DNA of 64,000 nucleotides from a virus (Duplodnaviria; Heunggongvirae; Uroviricota; Caudoviricetes): positions 1 through 64,000 of the IMG/VR virus record IMGVR_UViG_3300023371_000089; one strand, written 5' to 3'. Below, in pieces: positions 18,221 to 27,420 of the stretch; the first letter of the stretch is position 1; the number at the start of each line of letters is the position of its first letter. A program made the position numbers and the translations under genes. A model generated the notes under the pieces. It saw only the letters and a program-made list of their open reading frames with translations. It was not told the origin of the DNA and searched no databases.

Positions 18221-20104
18221 ATGGCAACATTTTATATACAATTATCCGATAAATTGCTTAAAATAGGTGATGATGTAACTAAAGAAACAATTCATAAGGC
18301 TTTGGGGTATACTCCAAGTAGTTTTTCGGGTAATTTTAATGATTTGACTGATAACCCATTCGCAATTACTGATGATGGGGAATTTAATATTGTTGACGAA
18401 AATGGTAATATAGTAGCAAAATTCGATGATAAAGGTCTGCACGTTATTGATGTTGAAGTTATTTCTGAAGATGGTATTCATAAACTTTCTAATAAAGTAG
18501 ATAAAAATTATGTAGATAATCTAATTTTTAATGCTAATGAAAATTTACCTTTTAAAGAAGATGAATCAGGCTCTTTTGATATTGCGGATTTAAATGGTAA
18601 TATAATTACCAGCATAGATAGCAATGGTGTTTCTTCTGTAGAATTTAATGCACGTGGTCATAAATTAACTGAAAAAATTGATAATAATATACTTGAAAAC
18701 CGTTTAGATGATTTAACAACAACTAATTTTTCTTCAGGAGAATATGTTGATATTACTCTTAAACAAGAGAAAGGACGCATTACTAATGTTAAAATTAGTG
18801 ACACTAAGTTATCAAACGCAATTAAAATTGATGAAGACCCCGCATTTCAAATATCCGATAACAAAAATAACATTGCATTTAAGGTTGACGAAAAAGGGGC
18901 CGAGGCAGTGGAATTTCGTGCAGGTAAACATTATCTTACTAATAAAACGGAAAGAACTTACGTTGACAATGAACTTTTAAAACTTCGAGTTGATACTCAA
19001 AAATCGATAGGGAATATTAAGTTTTCTGACTTAACTGAAAATCCATTTAACGATTCAGAGGAAGGTACTTTAAAAATTGTCGATAATAAGACTAATATAA
19101 TAGTAACTATAGATAACAATGGCGTAACTTCAACTGAGTTTATTGCAGGAAAGCATAAATTAACTGAAAAATCAGATTTAAATTATGTAAATAATAATTT
19201 TTTAAACATCAACACTTCAGTTGGCACATTAAAAGACAATATCCAAAATAATGAAAAAAATATATCATCTTTAAGTGATGATGTAGAAACTTTAACAAAT
19301 GAAGTTTCTTTAAATACATCTGCTATTACTGAATTGCAAAATATAAAATATGCTTCTTCATCAAGTAAAGGTGGTGCGGCTGATAGTGTGGCTAATGCAC
19401 TAACAATTAAAGCAGGGTCAAGTAAAAACTTTAGTATCGACATTTTCAATGGTAGTTCTGTGACAACAATACCGCTACCAACAAAAATTAGTCACCTTGA
19501 AAACGATTCTAATTTAACTGATGACTTTAACGATGAATTTCATATTATTGATAATGAGGGCAATAAAATTGCGACATTTAATAATTATGGCTTATTTGTT
19601 TCGAAAGTTACAACTGTAGAACCTATAATTTCTCAAGATTTTATTGCAGGAGAACATAAGTTGTCCAATAAAGTTGATAAAAATCATATCGGTGATTCAG
19701 TTAAAAATGTTTTATTAACAACAAATGATTTAACCAATGAAGAAAAACAAACAATTAGAAATAACATAGGTTCTGTAAATAGTTTTGAACAGTATAGTAG
19801 TGATGGAGGAATTCTTAACGAGGAACAGTATAGAATAATGTCAAAATATTTATATACCCCATTTATGATTTCTTCTAACAGTGTGACTACAATACCAGAT
19901 GAATTATTGAATGAAAGTAAAACAAATTTTTTCTGTGATTGGTGTTGGAATATAATGAGAATAACAGGTGGTGAACCAATAGTTGTAGTTGAATGGGACG
20001 ACTATGATAACCCAACTAAGTTTAAAGGTCTTTTGAATGGAGTTACATATGTAGTCAATCGCACTAATTGGACCATTGCTCCTGAAGACTATTCGGGGGA
20101 ATAG
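18221..20104 (+). CDS. Tail-fibre protein carrying five internal repeats of about 75 aa.
   Basis: Repeats of the form ...F.I.D.NGNII..ID.NGV.S.EF.AG.HKLT.K.D.NYV.N... For example: EFNARGHKLTEKIDNNILENRLDDL, EFRAGKHYLTNKTERTYVDNELLKL, EFIAGKHKLTEKSDLNYVNNNFLNI, DFIAGEHKLSNKVDKNHIGD. Confidence 0.6.
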   Translation: MATFYIQLSDKLLKIGDDVTKETIHKALGYTPSSFSGNFNDLTDNPFAITDDGEFNIVDENGNIVAKFDDKGLHVIDVEVISEDGIHKLSNKVDKNYVDNLIFNANENLPFKEDESGSFDIADLNGNIITSIDSNGVSSVEFNARGHKLTEKIDNNILENRLDDLTTTNFSSGEYVDITLKQEKGRITNVKISDTKLSNAIKIDEDPAFQISDNKNNIAFKVDEKGAEAVEFRAGKHYLTNKTERTYVDNELLKLRVDTQKSIGNIKFSDLTENPFNDSEEGTLKIVDNKTNIIVTIDNNGVTSTEFIAGKHKLTEKSDLNYVNNNFLNINTSVGTLKDNIQNNEKNISSLSDDVETLTNEVSLNTSAITELQNIKYASSSSKGGAADSVANALTIKAGSSKNFSIDIFNGSSVTTIPLPTKISHLENDSNLTDDFNDEFHIIDNEGNKIATFNNYGLFVSKVTTVEPIISQDFIAGEHKLSNKVDKNHIGDSVKNVLLTTNDLTNEEKQTIRNNIGSVNSFEQYSSDGGILNEEQYRIMSKYLYTPFMISSNSVTTIPDELLNESKTNFFCDWCWNIMRITGGEPIVVVEWDDYDNPTKFKGLLNGVTYVVNRTNWTIAPEDYSGE

Positions 20105-20164
20105 CATAGACCCCGAAGATACATCAACTAATGATGAAAATGAAATCATAGAAGGAGAATAAAC

Positions 20165-20189
20165 AAACCCAGGATTTTATCCTGGGTTT
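20165..20189. terminator. Bidirectional terminator between the convergent fibre gene and the pol-N gene.
   Basis: aaacccagga-ttttat-cctgggttt, a perfect palindrome followed by a T-run. Confidence 0.65.
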
Positions 20190-20195
20190 ACTTTT

Positions 20196-22730
20196 TTAAC
20201 TATTTTTTATCATTTTCTTTACATATTGGAGACCTGCAACAATGGTTTTCGAGTACGTAACCCCCTCCTTATAATTCTCCATGAACGAATCGTAGAAAAT
20301 CTTCATATTCTCCTTTGTTGTATTGAAAATAACGCAGTTTATCTTGCCATTAGGATTGTTTGCCGCATCAATACCAATTTGTTTCCAATCATCATACGGG
20401 AAACGCTTCTGATTAAGCCCCTTTATCTCGCCCTCATAATACTCCAATTTCGTACTTTCATTTATCTCACTTGGTTTAATCTTAACCTTATCAGAATTGA
20501 AGAGGCTGTGGTCCTCAGTTACTTCCACCCTCATATCACCCTCAGAAACCTCGTATATTGGCTTATCGCACCCATGACGATAAATGTATTCAGGTGAAAC
20601 CCAACCACTTCTACAAAGCACTTCAAACGGCTTTTCTGAATAATCGTATTCCCTACCAAGTTCATCTACTTTAATAGCAAATGGATTGATAAGCGTTTCA
20701 ACAGGAAGAATGTCAATCAGCCCACTATTTTTCCAACGGATAAATAATGGCGTGTCAGGAGTGAAAGAGTCACCAACGATAGGTTTATAGCCAAGACTAT
20801 TAAAGTGAGAAATCATAAGGCGAAGGCACATACGACCTGTACATGTTGTCCTCTCAGCACATATCTTGCTTCCCCATGGAAAAAGATTCTCGGCCCCGTA
20901 TGACCCGAAAAAGCTATTACCTAACACCTTCATTTGAAGCTGTTTTTTATCATTTGCTGATTCCTCTTTTTCCACCAATTTCAATTTATCTTTTAACTCA
21001 TTAAGTTCATCATCACTACCACTAAAGTTTTTTATACGTTCTTTTAGTTTATCTATTTCTTTTCCTGCTTTTTTCTTAAGTTTCTTATATTTCTCACGTT
21101 CAGTAAGCACATATTCAAGGAACTTAAGCATTGAATCCATAAGGTCTCTACCATGAGTAATTCCCCATGTAAGAATAATTGACGGATAAAGTGAGTTAAA
21201 GTCAAATTTCGCAACATTATCAACAAATCCTACTGTGAGAAGTCTTGAGAGACCACCTGTAAATGTTCCACCTTCACCGAACTGTGGGATTGCGAGACCG
21301 TTTTCATATGACCAAGCAAGCATCAAACTTTTCCACTGTCCCGCAGTTCCCATTGTACAACATTTCTGGTATGGGACCGGTAGCATTTTACATATAAGAA
21401 AATTGGTTGTATTGTAACGATGTTCTACCTTATCACATTCCCAAAGGTCATCAAGAAGATAACGTTCAACAATGTACTTTCCTGTGGTAGGTAAATAACC
21501 GGCCTTAATTGGTTTATCTTCAGTTACTTTATACCAATCACCATTTTCATTATTCAATGCATATGTGTTAACAGTATCATTCCATGTATCTGAAATCTTG
21601 TCACCCGGTACATAGACACGGTTAACCTTTTCCATCTTTGAATACTTGGTAACGTACTTAAGGTCAGCCTTAAGCATATTACTGTCAATTGCCTGAGCGC
21701 GTCTTACCGCATGGAGAGAATCTGTCACAATTATTCCCGGAACGATTGTCTGCTTGAACTGTTCCACCTCACCACCAAGTTTAAGGACTGTATCCTTGGT
21801 ATTCTTTCTAATAACATCATCACCAAACATTTTCATCTCCTCACAAATGTACTCAATTGGATAGTCAAGTTGTTCACATCTTGTGATAATGAAGTTCCAG
21901 TCGAAGTTTTCTCCATTATGTGCCGTAATGACGTCAGGATTAAAATATTGAATCATTGAAAGGAATACCTTAATGTTGTGCAACTCACTTGCATCACGTT
22001 CTTCCTTTGTGTTTCCTGTTACTGTGAGGATGCGTTCAAAATCAACTTTTTTACCCTTATACATCACAGGACGATTAAAACGCACACCAATCTGATTGAT
22101 TCTATTATATCGAGGGTCGAGGCCTTCAGTCTCCAAGTCGAATATCATCCTCAAGAGTTTATCATAATCTTCATACCCCTTAAAGAATCGTTTTCCTGTG
22201 GATATCATGAACTGTTCCTGTGGAGTTACCACAAGATACTGTCTTTCATCTGCTTTTGAAACGAAATTCTCATTTTCCTCTTCTTCTGAGTTATCATCAG
22301 CCTTTGATTTCGAATATAAAGGGTTTTCGGCTTCTTTAAAGAATTTTGAAAATCTCTGATATGACATCGGCCTTTTTGCATAGAACATGAAGATATAGCC
22401 ATTGTCAGCGATTTCGGGAACCACTTCACCTTGATTATTCTTTGTATCAAGGACTTTTATGCCAATTCCAAATTCACGCATTAGGCGTTGCACTTCAGAA
22501 CGGTCTCCATTGCAAAGTTTCTCACAGGCTCTTCGTGTTGCCCACACGAATGGACGGAATGGTTCCATCTTGTAGTGTTTAACGTCATTTGCGTCCCTGT
22601 AGAACACTTTTATTTTATCTTCATTGTACTTATATTCAAGATTTACGATACGTTCCTGAGGGTCGGTACCATTAATAAATGAATTGATTACATCGGTCGT
22701 AATCTCTGTTTTTCTCTGAGGTTCAAGCAT
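20196..22730 (-). CDS. Family-B DNA polymerase N-terminal part (exonuclease, palm motifs A and B, first half of motif C) fused to a split-intein N-fragment.
   Basis: Exo I FDLETEGLD, motif A DFNSLYPSII, motif B KVLGNSFFGSYG. It then reads ...GYKPIVGD followed by SFTPDTPLFI (Hint block A) ...VEVTEDHSLFN (block B TxxH). The ORF ends with TAA at a terminator, without the second half of motif C or a thumb domain. Confidence 0.85.
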   Translation of the reverse strand: MLEPQRKTEITTDVINSFINGTDPQERIVNLEYKYNEDKIKVFYRDANDVKHYKMEPFRPFVWATRRACEKLCNGDRSEVQRLMREFGIGIKVLDTKNNQGEVVPEIADNGYIFMFYAKRPMSYQRFSKFFKEAENPLYSKSKADDNSEEEENENFVSKADERQYLVVTPQEQFMISTGKRFFKGYEDYDKLLRMIFDLETEGLDPRYNRINQIGVRFNRPVMYKGKKVDFERILTVTGNTKEERDASELHNIKVFLSMIQYFNPDVITAHNGENFDWNFIITRCEQLDYPIEYICEEMKMFGDDVIRKNTKDTVLKLGGEVEQFKQTIVPGIIVTDSLHAVRRAQAIDSNMLKADLKYVTKYSKMEKVNRVYVPGDKISDTWNDTVNTYALNNENGDWYKVTEDKPIKAGYLPTTGKYIVERYLLDDLWECDKVEHRYNTTNFLICKMLPVPYQKCCTMGTAGQWKSLMLAWSYENGLAIPQFGEGGTFTGGLSRLLTVGFVDNVAKFDFNSLYPSIILTWGITHGRDLMDSMLKFLEYVLTEREKYKKLKKKAGKEIDKLKERIKNFSGSDDELNELKDKLKLVEKEESANDKKQLQMKVLGNSFFGSYGAENLFPWGSKICAERTTCTGRMCLRLMISHFNSLGYKPIVGDSFTPDTPLFIRWKNSGLIDILPVETLINPFAIKVDELGREYDYSEKPFEVLCRSGWVSPEYIYRHGCDKPIYEVSEGDMRVEVTEDHSLFNSDKVKIKPSEINESTKLEYYEGEIKGLNQKRFPYDDWKQIGIDAANNPNGKINCVIFNTTKENMKIFYDSFMENYKEGVTYSKTIVAGLQYVKKMIKNS
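20199..20768 (-). other. Split-intein N-fragment (IntN) plus a C-terminal tail of about 65 aa. The N-extein is 20769-22730 (654 aa).
   Basis: The Ser1 codon is at 20766-20768, directly after the GD codons. Confidence 0.65.
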
Positions 22731-22854
22731 AAATTTTAAATTATATTTAATTGTTATTTTTGGTAAGGTTAAACCATAATCACTATGGTATCATTTACCA
22801 CCATATAATAATATATGTGCAAATATAGAAATAAGGTTTGAATAAAACAAAAAT

Positions 22855-22877
22855 AAAGAGTCTTATTCAAACTCTTT
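22855..22877 (-). terminator. Hairpin that overlaps the stop of the Dam-like fragment gene.
   Basis: aaagagt-cttattcaa-actcttt. On the minus strand it is followed by a T-rich run. Confidence 0.4.
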
Positions 22878-23429
22878 ATTCAGGTGTTTTTTTAATATAA
22901 ACAAATATTCAGTTGTATGAATATCTCGTTCTCTAAGGTTTCTGCTGCCTCTAAACGCAACGTAATCAATATTTTTAACTTTTAATTCCCCATATTTAGA
23001 AAGCATTTCTACCATTTCCTCATAAGAAATAAACCCTTCATTGTTATATGATATAATCAAATATTTTGAATCAATATCACTAACAAGTTCTTCAAATGTT
23101 TTTAGGGCGTCATTTTTCTTATTATAAGACGATTTGTTCCAATCATCAGGTATTCCCGCGACTTTACTAATGTTAGAACCTATTTCATTCTTTATAATAG
23201 TATTAAGCATGAAATAATTAGAACCATATGGATGTTGATTATATGGTGGGTCTATATAAGTTATATCAAGCCCTTTAAGATGTTTTACCAAGACATTAGC
23301 ATCCTCTTGAAAGAGACGCACATTTGAATTATAATTGGAAAACACGGGTTTTTTTAACTCTATTTTTCCCATTATACGTTCAAGGGCATTTAAACCGTTT
23401 GTCAATCTTCTTTGTAATCTTATCACCAA
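22863..23429 (-). CDS. Dam-family N6-adenine DNA methyltransferase, C-terminal portion only. It lacks the motif I/X SAM-binding half, so it may be truncated or non-autonomous.
   Basis: LDITYIDPPY (motif IV) followed by a T4/E. coli Dam-like C-terminus (...LIISYNNEG...VKNIDYVAFRGSRNLRERDIHTTEYLFILKK). Only about 60 aa precede DPPY, and there is no FxGxG motif. Confidence 0.55.
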   Translation of the reverse strand: MVIRLQRRLTNGLNALERIMGKIELKKPVFSNYNSNVRLFQEDANVLVKHLKGLDITYIDPPYNQHPYGSNYFMLNTIIKNEIGSNISKVAGIPDDWNKSSYNKKNDALKTFEELVSDIDSKYLIISYNNEGFISYEEMVEMLSKYGELKVKNIDYVAFRGSRNLRERDIHTTEYLFILKKHLNKEFE

Positions 23430-23492
23430 TATTGTACATATAAAATAGTGTTTTAAAATTATAATTTAAGTTACGACAAAAAACGTGCCAAA

Positions 23493-24221
23493 CTATATTA
23501 TCATTTCATAAATTTCTAAAATTGCAGATGGTGGGATATTATCTTTGGTATAAACTCCATAACTATAATTGGGGTCAAGATAGAAATCAATGTTTTCAGG
23601 AATCTTACTTACATCAATTATTAACAAACAATGCTTATCCTCGTCCTGTTTTACGGTTTTAAGTTGTTTTGTAAGGCTGTATATATCATCAGGAGGTGTA
23701 TCTTCAACAAATAGGTACACTCGTTCAGGATAAGAGAATAGTGGGTTTTTAAATCTCGGTGATAAACCTATTTTACTAATCTTTTCAACGTTCTTTTCGG
23801 AGGTAACATGATATATTCTATCCATACTCCTTACATACTTGTTTACATCATCCTGATTTTTAGGTTCAAAGTTAAGATATACCCAATTATCAATATACGG
23901 ATAATCATTTTCAACAGAACAAAAATAGCCACATAAATCCATTGCTTTCTTCACTTTGTCAATGATGTTCTCATTGTTAGGTATGATTACACGAAGTTTT
24001 TCAACTTTGTTATTACTGAAAACCTCTATCTGACTATCATCAAAATCATATAAATCAATGATATATTTTCTCGTTTTCTCTATTGGATAGGTTCTAATTA
24101 GGCCTTCCTCCAAGAAATTTCGTTTTTCATGAATCGCAATGGAAAGAGGGTTTCCATAAGAAAAATTCTCAATCACCCCTCTTTTCTCATTCCATTTCTT
24201 GATTATCCGCTTGCTAATCAT
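23493..24221 (-). CDS. Hypothetical protein, 242 aa.
   Basis: Long ORF. It is not the missing Dam N-terminal half, as it has no FxGxG. Confidence 0.45.
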   Translation of the reverse strand: MISKRIIKKWNEKRGVIENFSYGNPLSIAIHEKRNFLEEGLIRTYPIEKTRKYIIDLYDFDDSQIEVFSNNKVEKLRVIIPNNENIIDKVKKAMDLCGYFCSVENDYPYIDNWVYLNFEPKNQDDVNKYVRSMDRIYHVTSEKNVEKISKIGLSPRFKNPLFSYPERVYLFVEDTPPDDIYSLTKQLKTVKQDEDKHCLLIIDVSKIPENIDFYLDPNYSYGVYTKDNIPPSAILEIYEMII

Positions 24222-24228
24222 ATGTTAT

Positions 24229-24579
24229 TTATCTGTTAACCTTTACAAGAATATTTCTCTTAACCTTGCTTGGAATCTCATTCTCAGTCTTAAGGATGTT
24301 AAGAATTGTGTCATATACCTTCTGATAAACATCCACCCCAACAGAATCATAAGGCATTCCCACCTTACCATTAGAATTGAACTCATGCATGTGGATATAG
24401 CCATTCATGATATCATATCTCACAGAGTGAACCCCTTCTACAGTGGTATTTCCCAACCATTTATTATAGTTTGCAAGCGAAATGGTTCTGAGCCCATAAT
24501 TTCTCATAATTTCCTTAATTGCTCCACGCAACTGATACTTCTCATAGGAAGTATTGGTCTTAGCATTCTTCTTTCTCAT
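24229..24579 (-). CDS. Hypothetical protein, 116 aa.
   Basis: ORF in the array. Confidence 0.4.
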   Translation of the reverse strand: MRKKNAKTNTSYEKYQLRGAIKEIMRNYGLRTISLANYNKWLGNTTVEGVHSVRYDIMNGYIHMHEFNSNGKVGMPYDSVGVDVYQKVYDTILNILKTENEIPSKVKRNILVKVNR

Positions 24580-24642
24580 AAAATTTTTCTTTTAAATTAG
24601 TAAATACAAATATATTGATTGTTTTTGAAAATACCAAAAATA

Positions 24643-24969
24643 TTAGTGTTCGATTTCAACTACGGAAACCAATTCAGTAAAATAATCATAATCAGTGCGG
24701 GATGATTGTGTATTGTCTTTCTTTGCTTTATATACCTCAACCATTATTAGTGAGCCCGCTTGAATACTAACACCTTTCCAAAAGCCAACCAAACTCCTTT
24801 CCACCGTGTAGTTACGATATGTCACTTTTACCCATTTACCAATAAGATGGTCATATTGTCCGCCAATACTATCTGCATATTCCTTTTTAATGATTTCCTT
24901 CTTGGACTTTAACTCATGTATTTTCAAGTCAATATCAGCCATCCTATTTTCAAATTCCTTCTTTGTCAT
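24643..24969 (-). CDS. Hypothetical protein, 108 aa.
   Basis: ORF in the array. Confidence 0.4.
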   Translation of the reverse strand: MTKKEFENRMADIDLKIHELKSKKEIIKKEYADSIGGQYDHLIGKWVKVTYRNYTVERSLVGFWKGVSIQAGSLIMVEVYKAKKDNTQSSRTDYDYFTELVSVVEIEH

Positions 24970-25420
24970 CTTCTTCCTGTTTTTCTATTTTATATTTCTT
25001 TTCCAAAAGTTCTTTGGTCGCCCATAGAATCCCCTCATTCAATGCGGTTTCATAAGTGTGATAAAGCATATCCCATGCATCAGAGTCAATAAGTATGGAA
25101 ATTTCATCCGCTACAATAAAACAATACCTCTTCAATGAAGGCATATTTGAAACCTCCACATCAATATTAAACGCCTCCCTCAACCACCTCTGAGCATCAT
25201 AATGAGTCGGAGCATCAATATTGTCGTATCCAAGACAATCATCAGGCAATGAATTATGAGAAAAAGAACAATCTTCAGCATATGAACCCCTAAACTGAGA
25301 AGAAATTCTTATGAGTTCTTCACCTTGACGGGTATAGTATCCAAATGTTCTTTCATTGAAACCCAATTTCTTAAGGTTTAAACTACAATCTTTTGAACAA
25401 AAATCTTTATTAGACAACAT
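24950..25420 (-). CDS. Hypothetical protein, 156 aa.
   Basis: ORF in the array. Confidence 0.4.
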   Translation of the reverse strand: MLSNKDFCSKDCSLNLKKLGFNERTFGYYTRQGEELIRISSQFRGSYAEDCSFSHNSLPDDCLGYDNIDAPTHYDAQRWLREAFNIDVEVSNMPSLKRYCFIVADEISILIDSDAWDMLYHTYETALNEGILWATKELLEKKYKIEKQEEDDKEGI

Positions 25421-25421
25421 A

Positions 25422-25736
25422 TTATTTTTCTTTAATCGAATCTAAAATATCTTTAGCGAGTTCAGTCATTTCATTCAGACTCTTTTGAATTTCATTGGGC
25501 TCATAACAATCCATAACAACGTTATCCATGACCCAAGTACTCAATTTTGAACCATTTTCTTCCGAAAACTTTTTATATCTTTCAGGGTAAAGGTCACAAT
25601 AATGTTCATAGCCAAGAAACTCGTTCCACACCATAAAAACTTTTCCGTTCGAATCAGTTTCTTCGCATCTTTTCATAAGAGACCTAATCTGTTGATGAAC
25701 ACATCCACCAGAACAATTACATCCTTTACATGCCAT
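25422..25736 (-). CDS. Small protein with a Cys-rich N-terminus.
   Basis: MACKGCNCSGGCVHQQ... Confidence 0.4.
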   Translation of the reverse strand: MACKGCNCSGGCVHQQIRSLMKRCEETDSNGKVFMVWNEFLGYEHYCDLYPERYKKFSEENGSKLSTWVMDNVVMDCYEPNEIQKSLNEMTELAKDILDSIKEK

Positions 25737-25748
25737 ATCTTTTACTAT

Positions 25749-25949
25749 TTATACAGGTTTAACTTCGTAATTCAAATCAAGCATATCTTGATAAGATTCG
25801 ACCATTAATTTGTGTTTTACCGCCTTAGCAACCTTATGTGACTCGAAAACTCCTATACATATTCCATTCTCATATACTGCATGAGGCTTAGGCTTAAACA
25901 TTTTTCTTTTTTCTTCTTTATTCATACCCCATTGCTTTTTTATAATCAT
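25749..25949 (-). CDS. Small hypothetical protein, 66 aa.
   Basis: Short ORF in a packed array. Confidence 0.3.
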   Translation of the reverse strand: MIIKKQWGMNKEEKRKMFKPKPHAVYENGICIGVFESHKVAKAVKHKLMVESYQDMLDLNYEVKPV

Positions 25950-26184
25950 CGTACATTAATCCAAACCTAACATCAGTAACATCCCCGGATATATAATCAA
26001 GAGCAAAATCCTTAAACCATTCAAAAGCCCTTTCCTCACCATATACAGCACCCTTGCAAAACTCATCCATCATTTCATTTTTGCTGAATTTTCTCATATC
26101 CAAACCAAGGCCCGTATTATAACTTTTAATTGATTTCAATGCAGCTTTAAACCTCTCAGGAGTTCTGTATTCTCGTTTATCCAT
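25918..26184 (-). CDS. Small hypothetical protein, 88 aa.
   Basis: Short ORF. Confidence 0.35.
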   Translation of the reverse strand: MDKREYRTPERFKAALKSIKSYNTGLGLDMRKFSKNEMMDEFCKGAVYGEERAFEWFKDFALDYISGDVTDVRFGLMYDDYKKAMGYE

Positions 26185-26939
26185 TACTCATCAAAATTTT
26201 CAAAATTCGTACCATATTGGAACGTGTCCCATTCTCTCCCAAAAACACTGAAAAGTCCATTGTCTTTAATCAGGAGTTCAATGATTTGACCCTCATCAGC
26301 CCAAACATCATAAGCCGAACACCAACCCATTTGGTCTTCAGTTGCACGATATGTCTGACTGAAAATTTCATAAAGACGCATTTCTTTATTCACTGATTTA
26401 GCGTAAGACAGGGCATCAGCAATACATTCACTATTCTGTGGCAACCCAACGTGAGGCCTCCATCCGAAATCATATTTATTTAGTTCCCTCATCAACGCCC
26501 AAAATGAAAAATCGTCACGCACATTCACTGTCATCTCATGACCATAAGCATTATTATAAGGGAAAACCCATTTTTCTATGAACCCCTCACAATATAAAGG
26601 ACTGATATCATTATTAGTACTATATAAATCGCCATATACAAGGTCCTTAGGAAGACTTACTATGAATGCGTCTCCCGGGGTCTTAACAGTTACAACCCAC
26701 CCATGAAAATTGTCTCGACAAATTACAGTAATACCATTATTAAGTCTAAACATATATACGGGAAGTAAGCAACTCTTGCTCATATGTGATGATACGACAA
26801 AACAAGGAGTTTTCAAGAGATTAGTACATATACTATCCCTAACAAAACATTCCTGTTTCTCTGCAGATTTCTTCCAAAGAAGGGTATCATCAAGGTCAAA
26901 ACTTCTCTGTCTGTTTAAAATCAATTCATTAATTCTCAT
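26184..26939 (-). CDS. Hypothetical protein, 251 aa.
   Basis: Long ORF. Confidence 0.45.
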   Translation of the reverse strand: MRINELILNRQRSFDLDDTLLWKKSAEKQECFVRDSICTNLLKTPCFVVSSHMSKSCLLPVYMFRLNNGITVICRDNFHGWVVTVKTPGDAFIVSLPKDLVYGDLYSTNNDISPLYCEGFIEKWVFPYNNAYGHEMTVNVRDDFSFWALMRELNKYDFGWRPHVGLPQNSECIADALSYAKSVNKEMRLYEIFSQTYRATEDQMGWCSAYDVWADEGQIIELLIKDNGLFSVFGREWDTFQYGTNFENFDE

Positions 26940-26993
26940 AAAGTTTTTATTTAAAAGTTTTCTTATCTTACTGCAAATACCGTGCCAAAGTAA

Positions 26994-27197
26994 TTAGTCC
27001 CCAAAAATATTTTCACCTTTGTCAAACTTTCTTTGCTTATCAGCAACATCTTCCCTAAAATCATCCCATTCGAATAATGTAGGAATATCCAAATTATCAG
27101 GAAACCAATCCATCCAAGAAAAAGGATTTCCATTAATTATCCACAATGGTCCTCCAAGAACAATTGTTGTAAAAAAGATAAAAATACCCAAAATCAT
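26994..27197 (-). CDS. Small membrane protein. Start taken at the internal ATG at 27197.
   Basis: MILGIFIFFTTIVLGGPLWII... followed by an acidic tail. It lies directly abutting the right end of the IS element. Confidence 0.4.
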   Translation of the reverse strand: MILGIFIFFTTIVLGGPLWIINGNPFSWMDWFPDNLDIPTLFEWDDFREDVADKQRKFDKGENIFGD

Positions 27198-27204
27198 GGT
27201 TATT

Positions 27205-27420
27205 CCATTGCAGTCAACTACACCCACCTAAAGGAGGGTGCTTGACACTGCCTCGTTAGAGGCATGTCGATTGGGAGGTTGACTGCTCCCTGCCTGTAAG
27301 GATAACCAATTGACCTTCAATTGGTAAAAAACTCGATACAGGGTGGTTGGACCTTTGTCCGATATTAATCGCAGCATTCCAATCTGAGTCAAAGACAACT
27401 CCGTCAACGCAGATATATCT
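27205..27420 (-). ncRNA. Putative omega-RNA/reRNA scaffold of TnpB. It overlaps the tnpB 3' end and the right-end hairpin. The guide would derive from flanking DNA around 27205-27220.
   Basis: The position matches characterised IS605 TnpB systems (3' end of tnpB plus the right end). Structured elements include ccaattg-acctt-caattgg (27306-27324) and the right-end hairpin. Confidence 0.3.

Noticed and set aside
23493-24221. Upstream ORF as the missing N-terminal (SAM-binding) half of the Dam-like methyltransferase
   Set aside because: It contains no FxGxG or motif X-like sequence and shows no resemblance to Dam N-terminal regions.
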